From Vicugna vicugna (Eukaryota): a stretch of DNA of 64,000 bases. Shown here one piece after another: positions 1-12,110 of this stretch; the stretch's first letter is position 1; each line of letters opens with the position of its first letter. The notes under the pieces are model-generated. The model was not told the origin of the DNA. It saw nothing but the letters and a program-made list of their open reading frames with translations, and did no database searches. The translations under genes and the position numbers were made by a program. The stretch spans positions 1,008,057 to 1,072,056 of the forward strand of contig MU057930.1 in assembly GCA_013265495.1 (NCBI GenBank). Direction: 5' to 3'.

Positions 1-1566
1 AAGGAACAGATCTCATGTGGAGTCAGATTTGTTCTTTTCTATTACAAAACTACACACTTGAAAGAGTGCGTTTTTTGATAGGTGAATTACATCTCAATAA
101 GCTGATAAAAACTTGCTGGGATTTGTATCAAGTGCCTACCCTGGGGATGGCCCCCGCACGTCTTCACGGCTCCATCTCATTGTGGAGAATGACACTAGTG
201 CATAGATGTGAGTGCAAAACCTTTGAAACCCACCGGTGTTGGTTTTGGCTTCTCAAAAAGTATGATCTTTGAATCAGATGCATCAGCATGTTCTGGGGGG
301 TGAATTTTGGTGCTGAATATCAGGTCCTGAATCCAAATCTGCAATTTAGCAAAATCTCAAAGGGATGCTCTGGACATCCCCACATCTGTTTGGGAAGCAG
401 AGTGGTACCCTTTGCCGTCCAAGAATTATTCGGTTGGGTTATTTGCTTCTAAGTGAGACTCACTTCTTTCAGGGAGATGTTTGAGCTCAATGAACTCACT
501 TTGGAGGTGGGTAGGTGGGAAATAAAGTGACTGAGTGAGTGACCAAATCAGTCTTAAGATGCCATCAGTCCCATTTTTCTATAAAAATGCCATGGAATTC
601 ATAGAATAGCATGGGGGTAACCACATGGCCACCATTATTAATAGGAATCTTAAAAAAAACGCAATTATAAGCAGACTGTTTAAAAAGAAATCATTACCCC
701 CAAAGAAGCCCGCTCTGTGCCTAAATGCACATTATCCAGTTTAGAGACCACAGATGTAGCATCGTGTCCTTAAAGTAAAATAACTTAAGGACATACGAGT
801 GGTTTCTACCTCGTGTGTGTATGAATTTGACAGATTTCAGTATCTCGGAGTCTCTTGTGCAGAATAGAGGTAACCCGCATGCCCCCGCTTCATTCGGAAA
901 GAGTCTTGATCCAAGAATCAGAGGTGTGTAGAAACGGTCCAAAAATTCTATCACGAGCTGACAATGGCTCGTATTCTGCCCACATGACTTGTTTCCGACT
1001 GAATTTGTTGCTCCTTTGTGGGAAACACTTAGAGAATGATACTCATATAACCGCTCAGATATTCATGATTCTCCCACGAAAACCAGGCTTGGATACAGAG
1101 TCTGGTTCCTGGATGTGTGTTAATTTGGATCATAAAGTATCATCTTAAGATTTATTTTCTGTAAGACGGAAAGTGTCACATTTCATGGTGTTGACATGCT
1201 GCCTGGCAACTGGCTTTTGTCACTGTCTCATGTGGACTGGCTTTGCCAGAGAGGAAAATGATATAAATAGAATTTAAAAATCTTAGTGTTGCATATTTAG
1301 GCAATATTTATTCAATGCTAATGTTGCAAAATGATTGCCCTGCAATCATGCAAATAAGTTCATTTGTCTTTTTTCTTTCTCTAGATTCCACCCTGTCTTA
1401 AAGCGGGAACAATTCACTCAGTGACCTTTTCTCACAGGTACTCAATTTCCTCCCATTCTCACGGTTTCTTCTACCCCTGTTTAATCAATTTTATTTTTAT
1501 TATCTACCTGCAGTTGCCAGCGGGTTTTATTAAAGAAACCTTGCAGATATTATCTTTATAAGCTCT

Positions 1567-1770
1567 ATTTTTTTCTTTTTTCATTGAAGTGTAATTGCTG
1601 TCCAGCATTATGTGTCACCGGTATACAGCAGAGTGAGTCACAATTTTTAAAGGTTCCTCTCCGTTTATAATCATTATAAAATGCTGGCTCTCTTCCCTGT
1701 GTTGTGCGATGTATCCTTGCTGCTTATCTGATCCCCAATGGTTTGTGCCTTTTAATCCCCTACACTCTCT
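1567..1770 (-). mobile_element. L1 3' end fragment
   Basis: T-rich tail followed by typical reverse L1 3'UTR terminus (attgaagtgtaattg...ttccctgtgttgtgcgatgtatccttg). Confidence 0.75.
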
Positions 1771-2097
1771 TGAACAATCACTGTGTTACTTATTCCTGAA
1801 TAGAAGAAAAATTCTTGATGCATCAAAATATTGAGAAAGTCCAAATGCCCTGAACACTCGATGTGGTTTTATACGCTGTGAAGTAATATGTGCGATGATT
1901 TCGTTCATTCATTCTCCCAGAAATACTGATTGAGAACTGGAACCTCTATTCCATGCTGACAATAATGAAGGACATAACTGCTTTCACGGTAAACATGGAT
2001 CCAGATAAAAACATCAAGGGGTCTTTCTGGAAGAATGTATAAGCTTGACATATTTGTTAAAAAATCTAAATGTATGTGTTTAAAAAAAATCTAAATA

Positions 2098-2560
2098 GAC
2101 AGATACGTACCCAAGAGTGGAATCACTGGGTCGTGTGGTAGCTCTAGTGTTAGCGTTTTGGAGAAGCTTCCATACTGTGTTCCACAGTGGCTGCACCGAG
2201 GTACATTCCCGCCCACAGTGCGGGAGGGCTCCCTTCCCTCCACGCCCTCGCCAACGCTTGTTGCTTGTCTTCTTTTTGATGCTAGCCAGTCTGACAGGCG
2301 TGAGGCGTTCCTCTGTGTGGTTTTGATTTGCACTTCTCTGATGAGTAAGGATGCTGAGCATCTTTTCAGGTACCTCTTGCCCGTCTGCACTTCATCTTTG
2401 GAAAATGTCCCTTCAGTCCTTCTACGCATTTTTTTAAACAGGTTGTTTGTTTTTTTGATATTGACTTATATGAGCTCTTTATATGTATTGGATATATAAG
2501 GATAAAGATGGGTCATATTACCTGCAAATATCTTCTGCTATTCAGTAGGGCGTCTCTTCT
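2098..2560 (-). mobile_element. L1 ORF2 C-terminal fragment (inverted part of a 5'-inverted L1; resumes at 7529-7562)
   Basis: Minus ORFs give KRYLKRCSASLLIREVQIKTT, LTPVRLASIKK..KRWRGRGGKGALPHCG and LELPHDPVIPLLG, which match the L1 ORF2 C-terminus. Confidence 0.85.
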
Positions 2561-5500
2561 TTTTTTTGTATATGTATAGTTTTATGGAAGTAGAGTCGGT
2601 TTACAATGCTGTGTCAATTTCTGGTGCACAGCACAGTGCTTCAGTCATAGGAACGTGCATATATTCATTTTCATATTCTTTTTTACTGTAAGTTACTGCA
2701 AGATATTGAAGATAGTTCCCTGTGCTGTGCAGTATGAACTTGCTGTTTATCTACTTTATATGTGTTAGTACCTGCAAATCTCAAAGTCCCAATTTACCCT
2801 TCCCACAAGTAAGCATAAGTTTGTTTTCTATGTCTGTGAGTCTGTTTCTGTTTTGTAAATAAGTTTATTTGGCTTCTTTTTTTAGATTTCACATATAAGT
2901 GATATCATACGGTATTTTTCTTTCTCTTTCTGGCTTCACTTAGAATGACAATCTCCAGGTCTATCCTTATTGCTGCAAAAAGCATTACTTCATTCTTTTT
3001 TATGGCTGAGTAGTATTCCATGGCATAAAAATACCACCTCTTCTTTATCCAGTCATCTGTCCATGGGCATTTAGGTTGCTTCCATGTCTTGACTATTGTA
3101 AATAGTGCTGCTGTGAATATTGGGGTGCCTGTATCTTTTTGAATTAAGATTCCCTCTGGATATATGCCAGGAGTGGGATTGCCAGATCATATGGTGAGTC
3201 TATTTTTAATCTTTTGAGGAATCTCCATATTGTTTTCCATAATGCCTGCAAACTGCATTCCCACCAGCAGTGTAGGAGGGTTCCCTTTTCTCCACAGCCT
3301 CTCCAGCATTTGTCATTTGTGGACTTTTGAATGATGGCCATTCTGACTGGTGTCAAATGATACCTCATTGTAGTTTTGATTTGAATTTTTGTGATAATTA
3401 GTGATAGCATTTTTCCATGCTCCTATTAGCCATTTGTACATTTTCATTGGATAATTATTTATTTAGGCCCTCTGCCCATTTTTGGATTGGTTTGTGTGGG
3501 TTTTTTATTAAGTTGTATGAGCTGTTAATATATTCTGAAAATTAAGACCTTGTCAGTCTCATATTTTGCAAATATTTTTTCCCATTCCATAAGTTGTCTT
3601 TTGTTTTTCTCATGGTTTCCTTTGCTGTGCAAAAGCTTATAAACTTAATTAGGTCCCCTTTGTTTATTTTTGCTTATTTTTTCTATTGCCTGGCTAGACT
3701 GCCTTAGGAAAACATCGCTGAGATTTATGTCAGATAACGTACCTAACTTTTCTTCTAAAAGGTTTATAGTGTCTTGTCTTATGTTTAAATCTTTAAGCCA
3801 TTTTGAATTTATTTTTGTGTATGGTGCGTAGGAGTATTCTAACCCCATGGATTTACATGCAGCTGTCCAGTTTTCCCAACACCACTTGCTGAAGACAGTG
3901 TCTTTATTCCACTGGTATGTTCTCGCCTCCTTTGTCAAAGACTAATTGACCAAAAGTTTGTGGATTTCCTTCTGAGCTGTCTGTTTTGTTCCATTGATCC
4001 GTGTCTGTTTTTGTATGAATACCATGCTGTTTTGATGGCTGTAGCTCTGTAGTATTGTCTGAAATCTGGGAGAGTTTTTCGTCCAGCTTCATTCTTTTTC
4101 TTCAGTATTGCTTTGGCAGTTCTGGGTCTTTTGTGATTCCATATAAATTTTAGATTTATTTGTTCTAGTTCTGTGAAAAGGTGTCCTGGATAATTTGATA
4201 GAAATCACATTAAATCTGTAGATTTCTTTGGATATTATGGTCATTTTAAGAATATGAATTCTTCCAATCCAAGAACATGGGATATCTTTCCATTTCTTTT
4301 AAGTCATCTTTAATTTCCTTGGTGAATGTTTAGTAGTTCTCCATATACAAGTCTTTCACTTCTTTGGTCAGATTTATTGTTAGTATCTTTTTTTTCTTGG
4401 ATGGAATTTTGAAAGAGATTGTTTGTTTATTTTCCTTTCCTTATATTTTGTTGTTAGTGTAAAGAAAGACAATTGATTGCTGTGTGTTAATCTTGTGACC
4501 TGCTACGTTGCTGAATTCTTTTATCAACTCTAGTAGTTTTTATGTGGACCTTCTAGGGTTTTCTATATATAGTAAGTCATCTGCATCTAATGACAATTTT
4601 ACCTCTTCTCTTTCAATCTGGATCACTTTTATTTCTCTCTCTTGCCTGATTGCTGTGGCCAGGACTTCCAGGACTGTGTTGAATGGGAGTGGTGAGGGTG
4701 GGCAGCCTTGTCTTGTCCCAGGTTTTAGCACAAAGGCCTTCAGCTTTTCGCTGTGGAGCACTGTGCTGGCTGTAGGTTTGTCACAAGTAGCTTTTATTAT
4801 GTTGAGATATGTTCCCTCTAAACCCAGTTTGGGAAAGATTTTTATCGTAAATGGGTGTTGAATTTTATCAAATTCTTTGCCTGCATCTATTGAGATGATC
4901 ATGTGGTTTTTGTCCCTTCTCTTGTTGGTGTGGTGTATTACATTGATTGATTTGCGTATGTGGAACCGCCTTTGTGTCCCTGGGATGAACCCCACTTGGT
5001 CATGGTGTAGAATCTTTTTTATGTGTTGTTGGATTCTATTTGCTAAAATTTTGGTGAGGATTTTGGCGTCTATGTTCATCAGTGATATTGGCCTATAATT
5101 CTCTTTTTTTGTAGTGTCTTTGCCTGGTTTTGGGATCAGGGTGATGGTGGCTTCATAGAATGAGTTTGGAAGTTTTCCCTCCTTTTCAATCTTCGGGAGA
5201 GTTTGAGAAGGATCAGTATGTGCTCTTCTTTGTATGTTTGATAGAATTCTCCAGTGAAGTCATCAGGTCCTGGACTTCTGTTTGCAGGGAGTTTTTTTAT
5301 TGTTGATTCTATTTCACTTCTAGTGATTGGTTTGTTCAAATAATCTATGTCTTCTTGATTCAGTTATGGTGGACTGTATGTTTCCGGAAACTTGCCCACT
5401 TCTTCTGAGTTGTCCAATTAATTGCCATACAGTCGTTCATAGTATTCTCTCATGATTTTTTGTATTTCTGTGGTGGTGTTTGAAATTTCTCCATTTTCTC

Positions 5501-7528
5501 TTCTTGTTTTGTTTATTTGTGTCCTCTGTCTTTTCTTCTTGGTGCGACTGGTCAGAAGTTTTTCGATTTTGTTTACTCTTTCAAAAAACCAGCTCTTGGT
5601 TTGATTGATTTTTTTCCTGTTGTTTTTTAGTCTCTATTTTATTTATTTCCCCTCTGCTCTTTATTCTTTCTGTCCTTCTGCTGAACTTGGGTTTTGTTTG
5701 CTCTTCATTTTCTGATTCTTTTAGGTGGTGGGTTAGGTTGTTTATTTGAGATTGTTCTTGTTTTGTGCGGAAGGTCTGTATCGCTATGAGCTTCCTTTTT
5801 GGGATTGCTTTTGCTGGATCCCATAGATTTTGTCTGGTTGTGTTTTCATTGTCATTTGTCTCAAGGAAGTTTTAACTTTATCTTTGATTTTCTCAGTGAC
5901 CCATTGGTTTTTTAATAGAGTGTTTTTTCATCTCCATGCTGTCGGGTTTGTTTTTTTCTTCTCGTTTGTTTTTCTGTGGTTGATTTCCATGCTATTGTGG
6001 TCAGAGAAGAGGCTTAAACTTGCATTTGCTGTGGCAATATCAGTTATCTGCTGTGGTCCTGAAGGGCTGTTTTGTTTTGTTGGTTTGTTTGTTTTCATTT
6101 CAAGTGGGAGTGTTCCTGTGCAGACTGGGCACATCTGAGTTTTGTGGCGCTGGCTGCTCTTGGTGTGGATGGCTGCTTTGTGCGTCTTCCATGAGTGCTG
6201 GCTGTTACCCTTTGACTGTGGGTGTCGTTGGCACTGTGGTGCTCAGAGCCTGCCCTGACTCTTGCTGTTGAGATGGACCTCCTTTTTTTGTTCTGTGGTT
6301 GTCACAGCCTTGACAGAGGTTGCGTCTGCTCCCCCGTTGCTGGAATAGGGGCTTCTAGACCTGTTTCTGAGCTGTGGTGTGTAGTGGGCACGGCTGGAGG
6401 GCTTTATCTGGGGAGAAGAGGAGGCAGGAGACGTCCACTGGGCAGCGCCCTCTGTGCTGTTGTCTGTCACTTGTTATGCAGGCTTACAAAGTACTGTTTG
6501 TTGACACCGCCTTTGTCCCTGCCTTACCTGCAGGAATGCCGGCCACCTGCTCTGGTGTCCCCCAGGCTCTGAGCCCCAGGAACCACCAGTGCAGATCCAC
6601 CAATGTCACGTGCTAGGACCCACCACAGTGAGCGTGCAGTCACACACCTGAATCGGTGGTGTGGCACAGGGTCAGGAGAGACCCCAGCCCCTCCTCCACA
6701 TATGGCACGTTATGCCAGCCTGTCATACATGCCCATACTCGCCCCTCCCATGTACCAGAACTCTGCTCACCACCTGTTTGCCCCAGGGGCACGGGGGTCC
6801 ACAAAGGATTCAGATAGAGCCAGTCCATCCTCTCTGCCTGGGGCTGTAAACTCATCTCAGCCCCACCTGTGAAGTTGCAGGGCCCCTGGGTGTGAATTCA
6901 GTTTTCGGGCCTGCTTCCCCACAGCTGTGATGGCTGTGACCGAGCCCCACCTGTCTTCTCATGGGAGCCAAGCCGGGACAGAGGCTCTGGCCTGCCTGCC
7001 TTGCACCCCGCCCACACACCAGCAGTGGTGCTTTTTTTAATGGGGGGGCCAGCCAGAGCTCACACCACCCTCCAGTCCCCTGAGACGGCCTCTGTGCATG
7101 GACTCCTCACTGCCCTCCAGCAGCCGGTCCCGGCACGTCCCTGCCAGCTCGCGTCTAGGGCCGGGGAACATGGGGACCCTCCCTGCCAGTTTCCCTCAGT
7201 TCTGCCTGCCAAGCGGCTGCTCCTTTCTGCTCTGAGTCTCAGAAGCTGCACGTCTGTCCTGGGTGGAGAGGGGGTGTCCTAGCCTGAGGGTGCCTTTCTT
7301 CCTCTGCCACTGCCTCCCTGCAGGACCTGTCCTGCACCAATTTTTCATTTTCTTTCTTTTTTCTCTTAATGGATTCTGTGAGAATCCTCCTGGGTTTCAA
7401 AGTGAGAGACACTCTGCCAGAGTTCAGTCAGTGTTCTGTGCGAATCACTGGGTTTGTAGTTGTAATTCTTGGCATGTTTGTTGGGGAGGGTGAGCTGGGA
7501 GTGTCTCCTCCACCATCTTGGCCTTCTC
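2561..7528 (-). mobile_element. Nested L1 with 5'UTR, degenerate ORF2 and 3'UTR but no ORF1
   Basis: 3'UTR at ~2570-2900; ORF2 remnants from ~2900 to ~6015; GC-rich 5'UTR ~6025-7528 ending in reverse GGCCAAGATGG (YY1-type L1 5' terminus). Confidence 0.85.
3144..6015 (-). pseudogene. Disrupted L1 ORF2 (EN tail, Z domain, RT, Cys-rich C-terminus)
   Basis: Fragmented ORFs: [62 protein letters not shown] (catalytic FADD degenerate), [25 protein letters not shown]; multiple frameshifts and stops. Confidence 0.9.
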
Positions 7529-7562
7529 ATTGTGTTGCTTTCCTTTCCTGTGGAAAAGCTTT

Positions 7563-7977
7563 TAAAACACCAATTTGAAAAGATCCATACACCCCAATGC
7601 TGACAGCAACACTTCTTATCGTAGCCAAGACATGGGAGCAACCTAAGTGTCCATCAACAGATGATTGGATAAAGAAGCTGTGGTCTATTTATAAAATGGA
7701 ATAGTACTCGGCCATAAAAAAGAATGAAATAATGCCTCTTGCAGCAACATGGATGGACTTGGAGGGTATTATGCTTAGACAAATAAGCCAGACAGAGAAA
7801 GACAAATACTGTATAATATCACTTATATGTGCAATCTAACAATACAACAAAGTAGTGAATAAAAAAAAAAAAGAAGCAGACTCACAGGTATAGAGGACAA
7901 ACTAGTGGTGACCATTGCTGGCAGTGGCAGAAATATATTGGTGGGGGAGTGGGAGGTAAAAAGTACTGGGTATAAAA
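7563..7977 (+). mobile_element. L1 ORF2 end and 3'UTR (forward part of the 5'-inverted L1), truncated at the tandem array
   Basis: caacctaagtgtccatcaacagatgattggataaagaag...gcagcaacatggatggacttggag...gcagactcacag, classic L1 3' region. Confidence 0.85.
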
Positions 7978-7980
7978 ATC

Positions 7981-9332
7981 CTACTCTCCTACTCTCCTAC
8001 TCTCCTACTCTCCTACTCTCCGACTCTCCTACTCTCCTACTCTCCTACTCTCCGACTCTCCTACTCTCCTACTCTCCTACTCTCCGACTCTCCTACTCTC
8101 CTACTCTCCTACTCTCCGACTCTCCTACTCTCCTACTCTCCTACTCTCCGACTCTCCTACTCTCCTACTCTCCTACTCTCCGACTCTCCTACTCTCCTAC
8201 TCTCCTACTCTCCGACTCTCCTACTCTCCTACTCTCCTACTCTCCGACTCTCCTACTCTCCTACTCTCCTACTCTCCGACTCTCCTACTCTCCTACTCTC
8301 CTACTCTCCGACTCTCCTACTCTCCTACTCTCCTACTCTCCGACTCTCCTACTCTCCTACTCTCCTACTCTCCGACTCTCCTACTCTCCTACTCTCCTAC
8401 TCTCCGACTCTCCTACTCTCCTACTCTCCTACTCTCCGACTCTCCTACTCTCCTACTCTCCTACTCTCCGACTCTCCTACTCTCCTACTCTCCTACTCTC
8501 CGACTCTCCTACTCTCCTACTCTCCTACTCTCCGACTCTCCTACTCTCCTACTCTCCTACTCTCCGACTCTCCTACTCTCCTACTCTCCTACTCTCCGAC
8601 TCTCCTACTCTCCTACTCTCCTACTCTCCGACTCTCCTACTCTCCTACTCTCCTACTCTCCGACTCTCCTACTCTCCTACTCTCCTACTCTCCGACTCTC
8701 CTACTCTCCTACTCTCCTACTCTCCGACTCTCCTACTCTCCTACTCTCCTACTCTCCGACTCTCCTACTCTCCTACTCTCCTACTCTCCGACTCTCCTAC
8801 TCTCCTACTCTCCTACTCTCCGACTCTCCTACTCTCCTACTCTCCTACTCTCCGACTCTCCTACTCTCCTACTCTCCTACTCTCCGACTCTCCTACTCTC
8901 CTACTCTCCTACTCTCCGACTCTCCTACTCTCCTACTCTCCTACTCTCCGACTCTCCTACTCTCCTACTCTCCTACTCTCCGACTCTCCTACTCTCCTAC
9001 TCTCCTACTCTCCGACTCTCCTACTCTCCTACTCTCCTACTCTCCGACTCTCCTACTCTCCTACTCTCCTACTCTCCGACTCTCCTACTCTCCTACTCTC
9101 CTACTCTCCGACTCTCCTACTCTCCTACTCTCCTACTCTCCGACTCTCCTACTCTCCTACTCTCCTACTCTCCGACTCTCCTACTCTCCTACTCTCCTAC
9201 TCTCCGACTCTCCTACTCTCCTACTCTCCTACTCTCCGACTCTCCTACTCTCCTACTCTCCTACTCTCCGACTCTCCTACTCTCCTACTCTCCTACTCTC
9301 CGACTCTCCTACTCTCCTACTCTCCTACTCTC
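7981..9332. repeat. Perfect tandem array of 169 octamers CTACTCTC with 32-bp higher-order unit (CGACTCTC + 3x CTACTCTC)
   Basis: Five CTACTCTC units, then the variant CGACTCTC at 8021 and every 32 bp to 9301 (41 copies); no other mismatches seen. Confidence 0.97.
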
Positions 9333-9346
9333 CTCTCCCTGCCCTG

Positions 9347-9479
9347 GGACTTGAACCTACAACCTCCTGCATGCTAGCCCTGCTCTCTACCCCTAACCTA
9401 TAGCCTCACTCTAGCTACCTGACTTCCCTTTCCCTCACCTTTATCTCCTACACTGACAGACTATGCTGAGTCCCTGGTT
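9347..9479 (-). repeat. Left arm of inverted repeat ending in a tRNA-like segment (Pol III A/B-box-like, 9347-9405)
   Basis: Reverse complement aligns ungapped with 9615-9747 (~94/133 by hand count); B-box-like GGTTCAAGTCC on minus. Confidence 0.8.
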
Positions 9480-9540
9480 CCTGACCCTGTGTGATGTATC
9501 CAAAAACCATTCATGTATTTTGTCTTCTCTCTTCTTTCAG

Positions 9541-9665
9541 CAGGCACACTTACATCCACTGTCCATTGCTCCATCTTCACTGGAAACAGAAATGAAATGT
9601 CTTTTTCAGAGAGTAACCTGGGACCCAGCATTCTCCCTCAGCTGAGGAGATAAATCCCTGTGCAG
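9541..9665 (+). other. Candidate non-coding exon
   Basis: Strong polypyrimidine acceptor tgtcttctctcttctttcag and donor CAG|gtaaag; stop codons in all three frames. Confidence 0.35.
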
Positions 9666-9747
9666 GTAAAGTAACATAGCTAGCGACAGCCTGTAGCTCA
9701 GGGGTTGACACCAGGGCTATCATGCCAGAGGTCCTGGGTTCAAGCCC
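9615..9747 (+). repeat. Right arm of inverted repeat ending in a tRNA-like segment (9689-9747)
   Basis: TAGCTCAGGGG A-box-like and GGTTCAAGCCC B-box-like motifs; inverted partner of 9347-9479. Confidence 0.8.
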
Positions 9748-10229
9748 TGCAGAATGGCATAGGTGAGATACTTTGCTGGAAGCAGAAATCAAATTTCATG
9801 TTTTGATAATTGCAGTACATCCTTCACACCTTTCTCTGTTGCTGTCTATGCTTACGAAATTTCCCAAAAAGTCTGAATTTACTTAGGGGCCCAATAGATC
9901 TCGCTGGACTTGCTAGACTCTTAGGATCAAGAGTTGCAACTCATCCATCCTTTTGTTCAGTCACAATGATCAGAGGTGGAAGGTTGGTGACTGCGTCATT
10001 CTGACCACATTTTGCCTTGCCGTCAGGCCACATACACTGGGACAGCCACTTGTTACATTTCAGGTTGCAGCTCAGCGTCTGACGTGAATTCATTGCACTT
10101 AGCCATGTAGATAAATTATAAACATCAGGCCCACCACATGCTAGTCATTCTAGCTAAAGACAAATCCTGTTTTGTTTGTTTGCTAGTTTGCTCCTTTACT
10201 ACTTTGGCAGACATTTGATCCTACTTAAA

Positions 10230-10385
10230 TTAGATATATATTAAATATAATATTAAATATATTATATTTTAATGTAGTGTAAATTTAACATATTAATATA
10301 TATATATTTATATATTTACAATATGATTTATATGTTAAAAAATACATATATATTAAAAATATATATATATCAAATATAATAATAC
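10230..10385. repeat. AT-rich low-complexity tract
   Basis: Almost only A/T, (AT)n-like. Confidence 0.85.
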
Positions 10386-11063
10386 ATCCATGATACGTGG
10401 AACTGTTCAACTGTGAACTCAGTAACCTGCTTCTCAAAACTCCGGATACGTTCCAGCACAGCTTTCCCACTACACTTGTCCACAGACACTGGGCTCCACC
10501 AAAACCAGTCCACCTTCGAAACACAGCCTGTACTTTCCATACAGATGGGAAAGGCTCCCTGGTGCCTTTTACGATTTCATCTTTCCATTTGGCAAAGACG
10601 CAATGTTTAGACTACGAGCACATTTTCGGATCAACAAGAATAGACATGGGAGACAATCAAATAAACGAACAATGCAGCTTTCTATACCCTGCTAAACTAT
10701 CACTCAAGAGTGATGATACAGCCAATCTGGGAAACCCGTAATGGAATATAACTTCTGCAGTATCTCATCATCACCCCACGGAAACCAAGGAACTACAATA
10801 ACAGAGCCAAAATCCACAAATAAAATCTACCAAAAAAACAAAAACAAAACACTAGGTGAAAAGCTATCTTGAGCCCTATCATAGTGACATTACAAAAAAC
10901 CAAGGCCAATGTGGCAGAGACAGCAGACTTGTGACTTTCAAAGGAATATGCTTTAGATGTCCAACTGATTATGCAACAGTAACAATGGATGCCAGGGGGC
11001 GAAATTGCCTCAAACTCAAAAAACTGTGAATATAGAATCCTATACTCAGGGAAATTAATTTTA

Positions 11064-11704
11064 TTCACTGATTTATTTATGTATATCTTCACTGAAGGAC
11101 AGTGTACAATGTGTCAGTTTACAACATGTCACTGTCTGGTGTACAGCGTAATGCTTCAGTGATACATGAACATACATATATTCATTTTCATATTCTTTTC
11201 CACCATAAGTTAGTTACTACAAGATATCAGTTAGAGTTTCCCATGCTCTACAAAAGAAACTTGTGGTTTGTCTATTTCATACATATTAGTTACTATCTCC
11301 AAATCTAGAACTCCCAGTTTATCCCTTCCCAACCCCTCCCCACCAGAACCATAGGTTTCTTTTCTATGTCCATGTGTCTGCTTCTGTTTTGTAAGTAACT
11401 TTTTTTTTAAGATTCCACATATAAGTGATATGATCTGTTATTTTCCTTTCTCCTTCTGGCTTACTTCATCTAGACTGATAATCTCCAGGTCCATCCATAT
11501 TGCTCCAAATGGCATTATTTCATTCTTTTTCATGACTGAGTAGTATTCTGTTGTATAAATAGATCACACCTTCTTTATCCAGGCCTCTGTCAATTGTTAT
11601 GTTCTGTTTCTTCCAGAAACAGACTGTATGTCTTCATTGGAGAATGGCTTGTTTAGGTTTTCTGCCCATTTTTGGATTGGGGTGTTTGTTCATTTTTCTC
11701 ATTA
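11064..11704 (-). mobile_element. L1 3' end with internal deletion, inserted in an older L1 ORF1-end remnant
   Basis: Reverse L1 3'UTR and ORF2 end; diverged TSD-like ggaaattaatttta / ggaaaaataatttta at the flanks. Confidence 0.8.
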
Positions 11705-11899
11705 GGAAAAATAATTTTACAATGAAGGCAAAAATAGACATTTTTAAATGAACATACACAGAGCTTGCCACCTGTAGATGGACTAAAAGATGTAATTCAG
11801 AAGGAGAATGATCTGAGAGAGACTGTCTCGTGCAAAACCAGGTGACTTTCTAAAATGCTGAACTGTATTTAGGCAAATCTACATGAGTACTGATCTCCA

Positions 11900-12110
11900 C
11901 CAGAAACCTGTTAGAAACAGTGAACAAATTTAGGGAAGTTTCAGTATAAAAAATCAATATACAAAAGTTAGTTCTGCCTCTGTACACTAACAACAAAATA
12001 TCTGAGAGAAATATGGAGAACAATCCTATTTACAATTTCATCAAGAACAACAAAAAATACCTAGGAATAAGAAAGACCTGTACAATGAAAACTGTCAGAC
12101 AATCATGAAA
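11900..12110 (+). mobile_element. L1 ORF2 fragment
   Basis: ctgttagaa..aaatttag..aaaaatcaatatacaaaa..tacactaacaac..aaatacctaggaataa, post-RT L1 sequence. Confidence 0.75.

Noticed and set aside
7981..9332. CRISPR-like regular 32-bp periodicity
   Set aside because: No unique spacers, no cas genes, mammalian context
7905..9377. 490-aa ORF of LSYSPTLL repeats
   Set aside because: A by-product of a stop-free octamer array; GTG start inside an L1 3'UTR; no evidence of a gene
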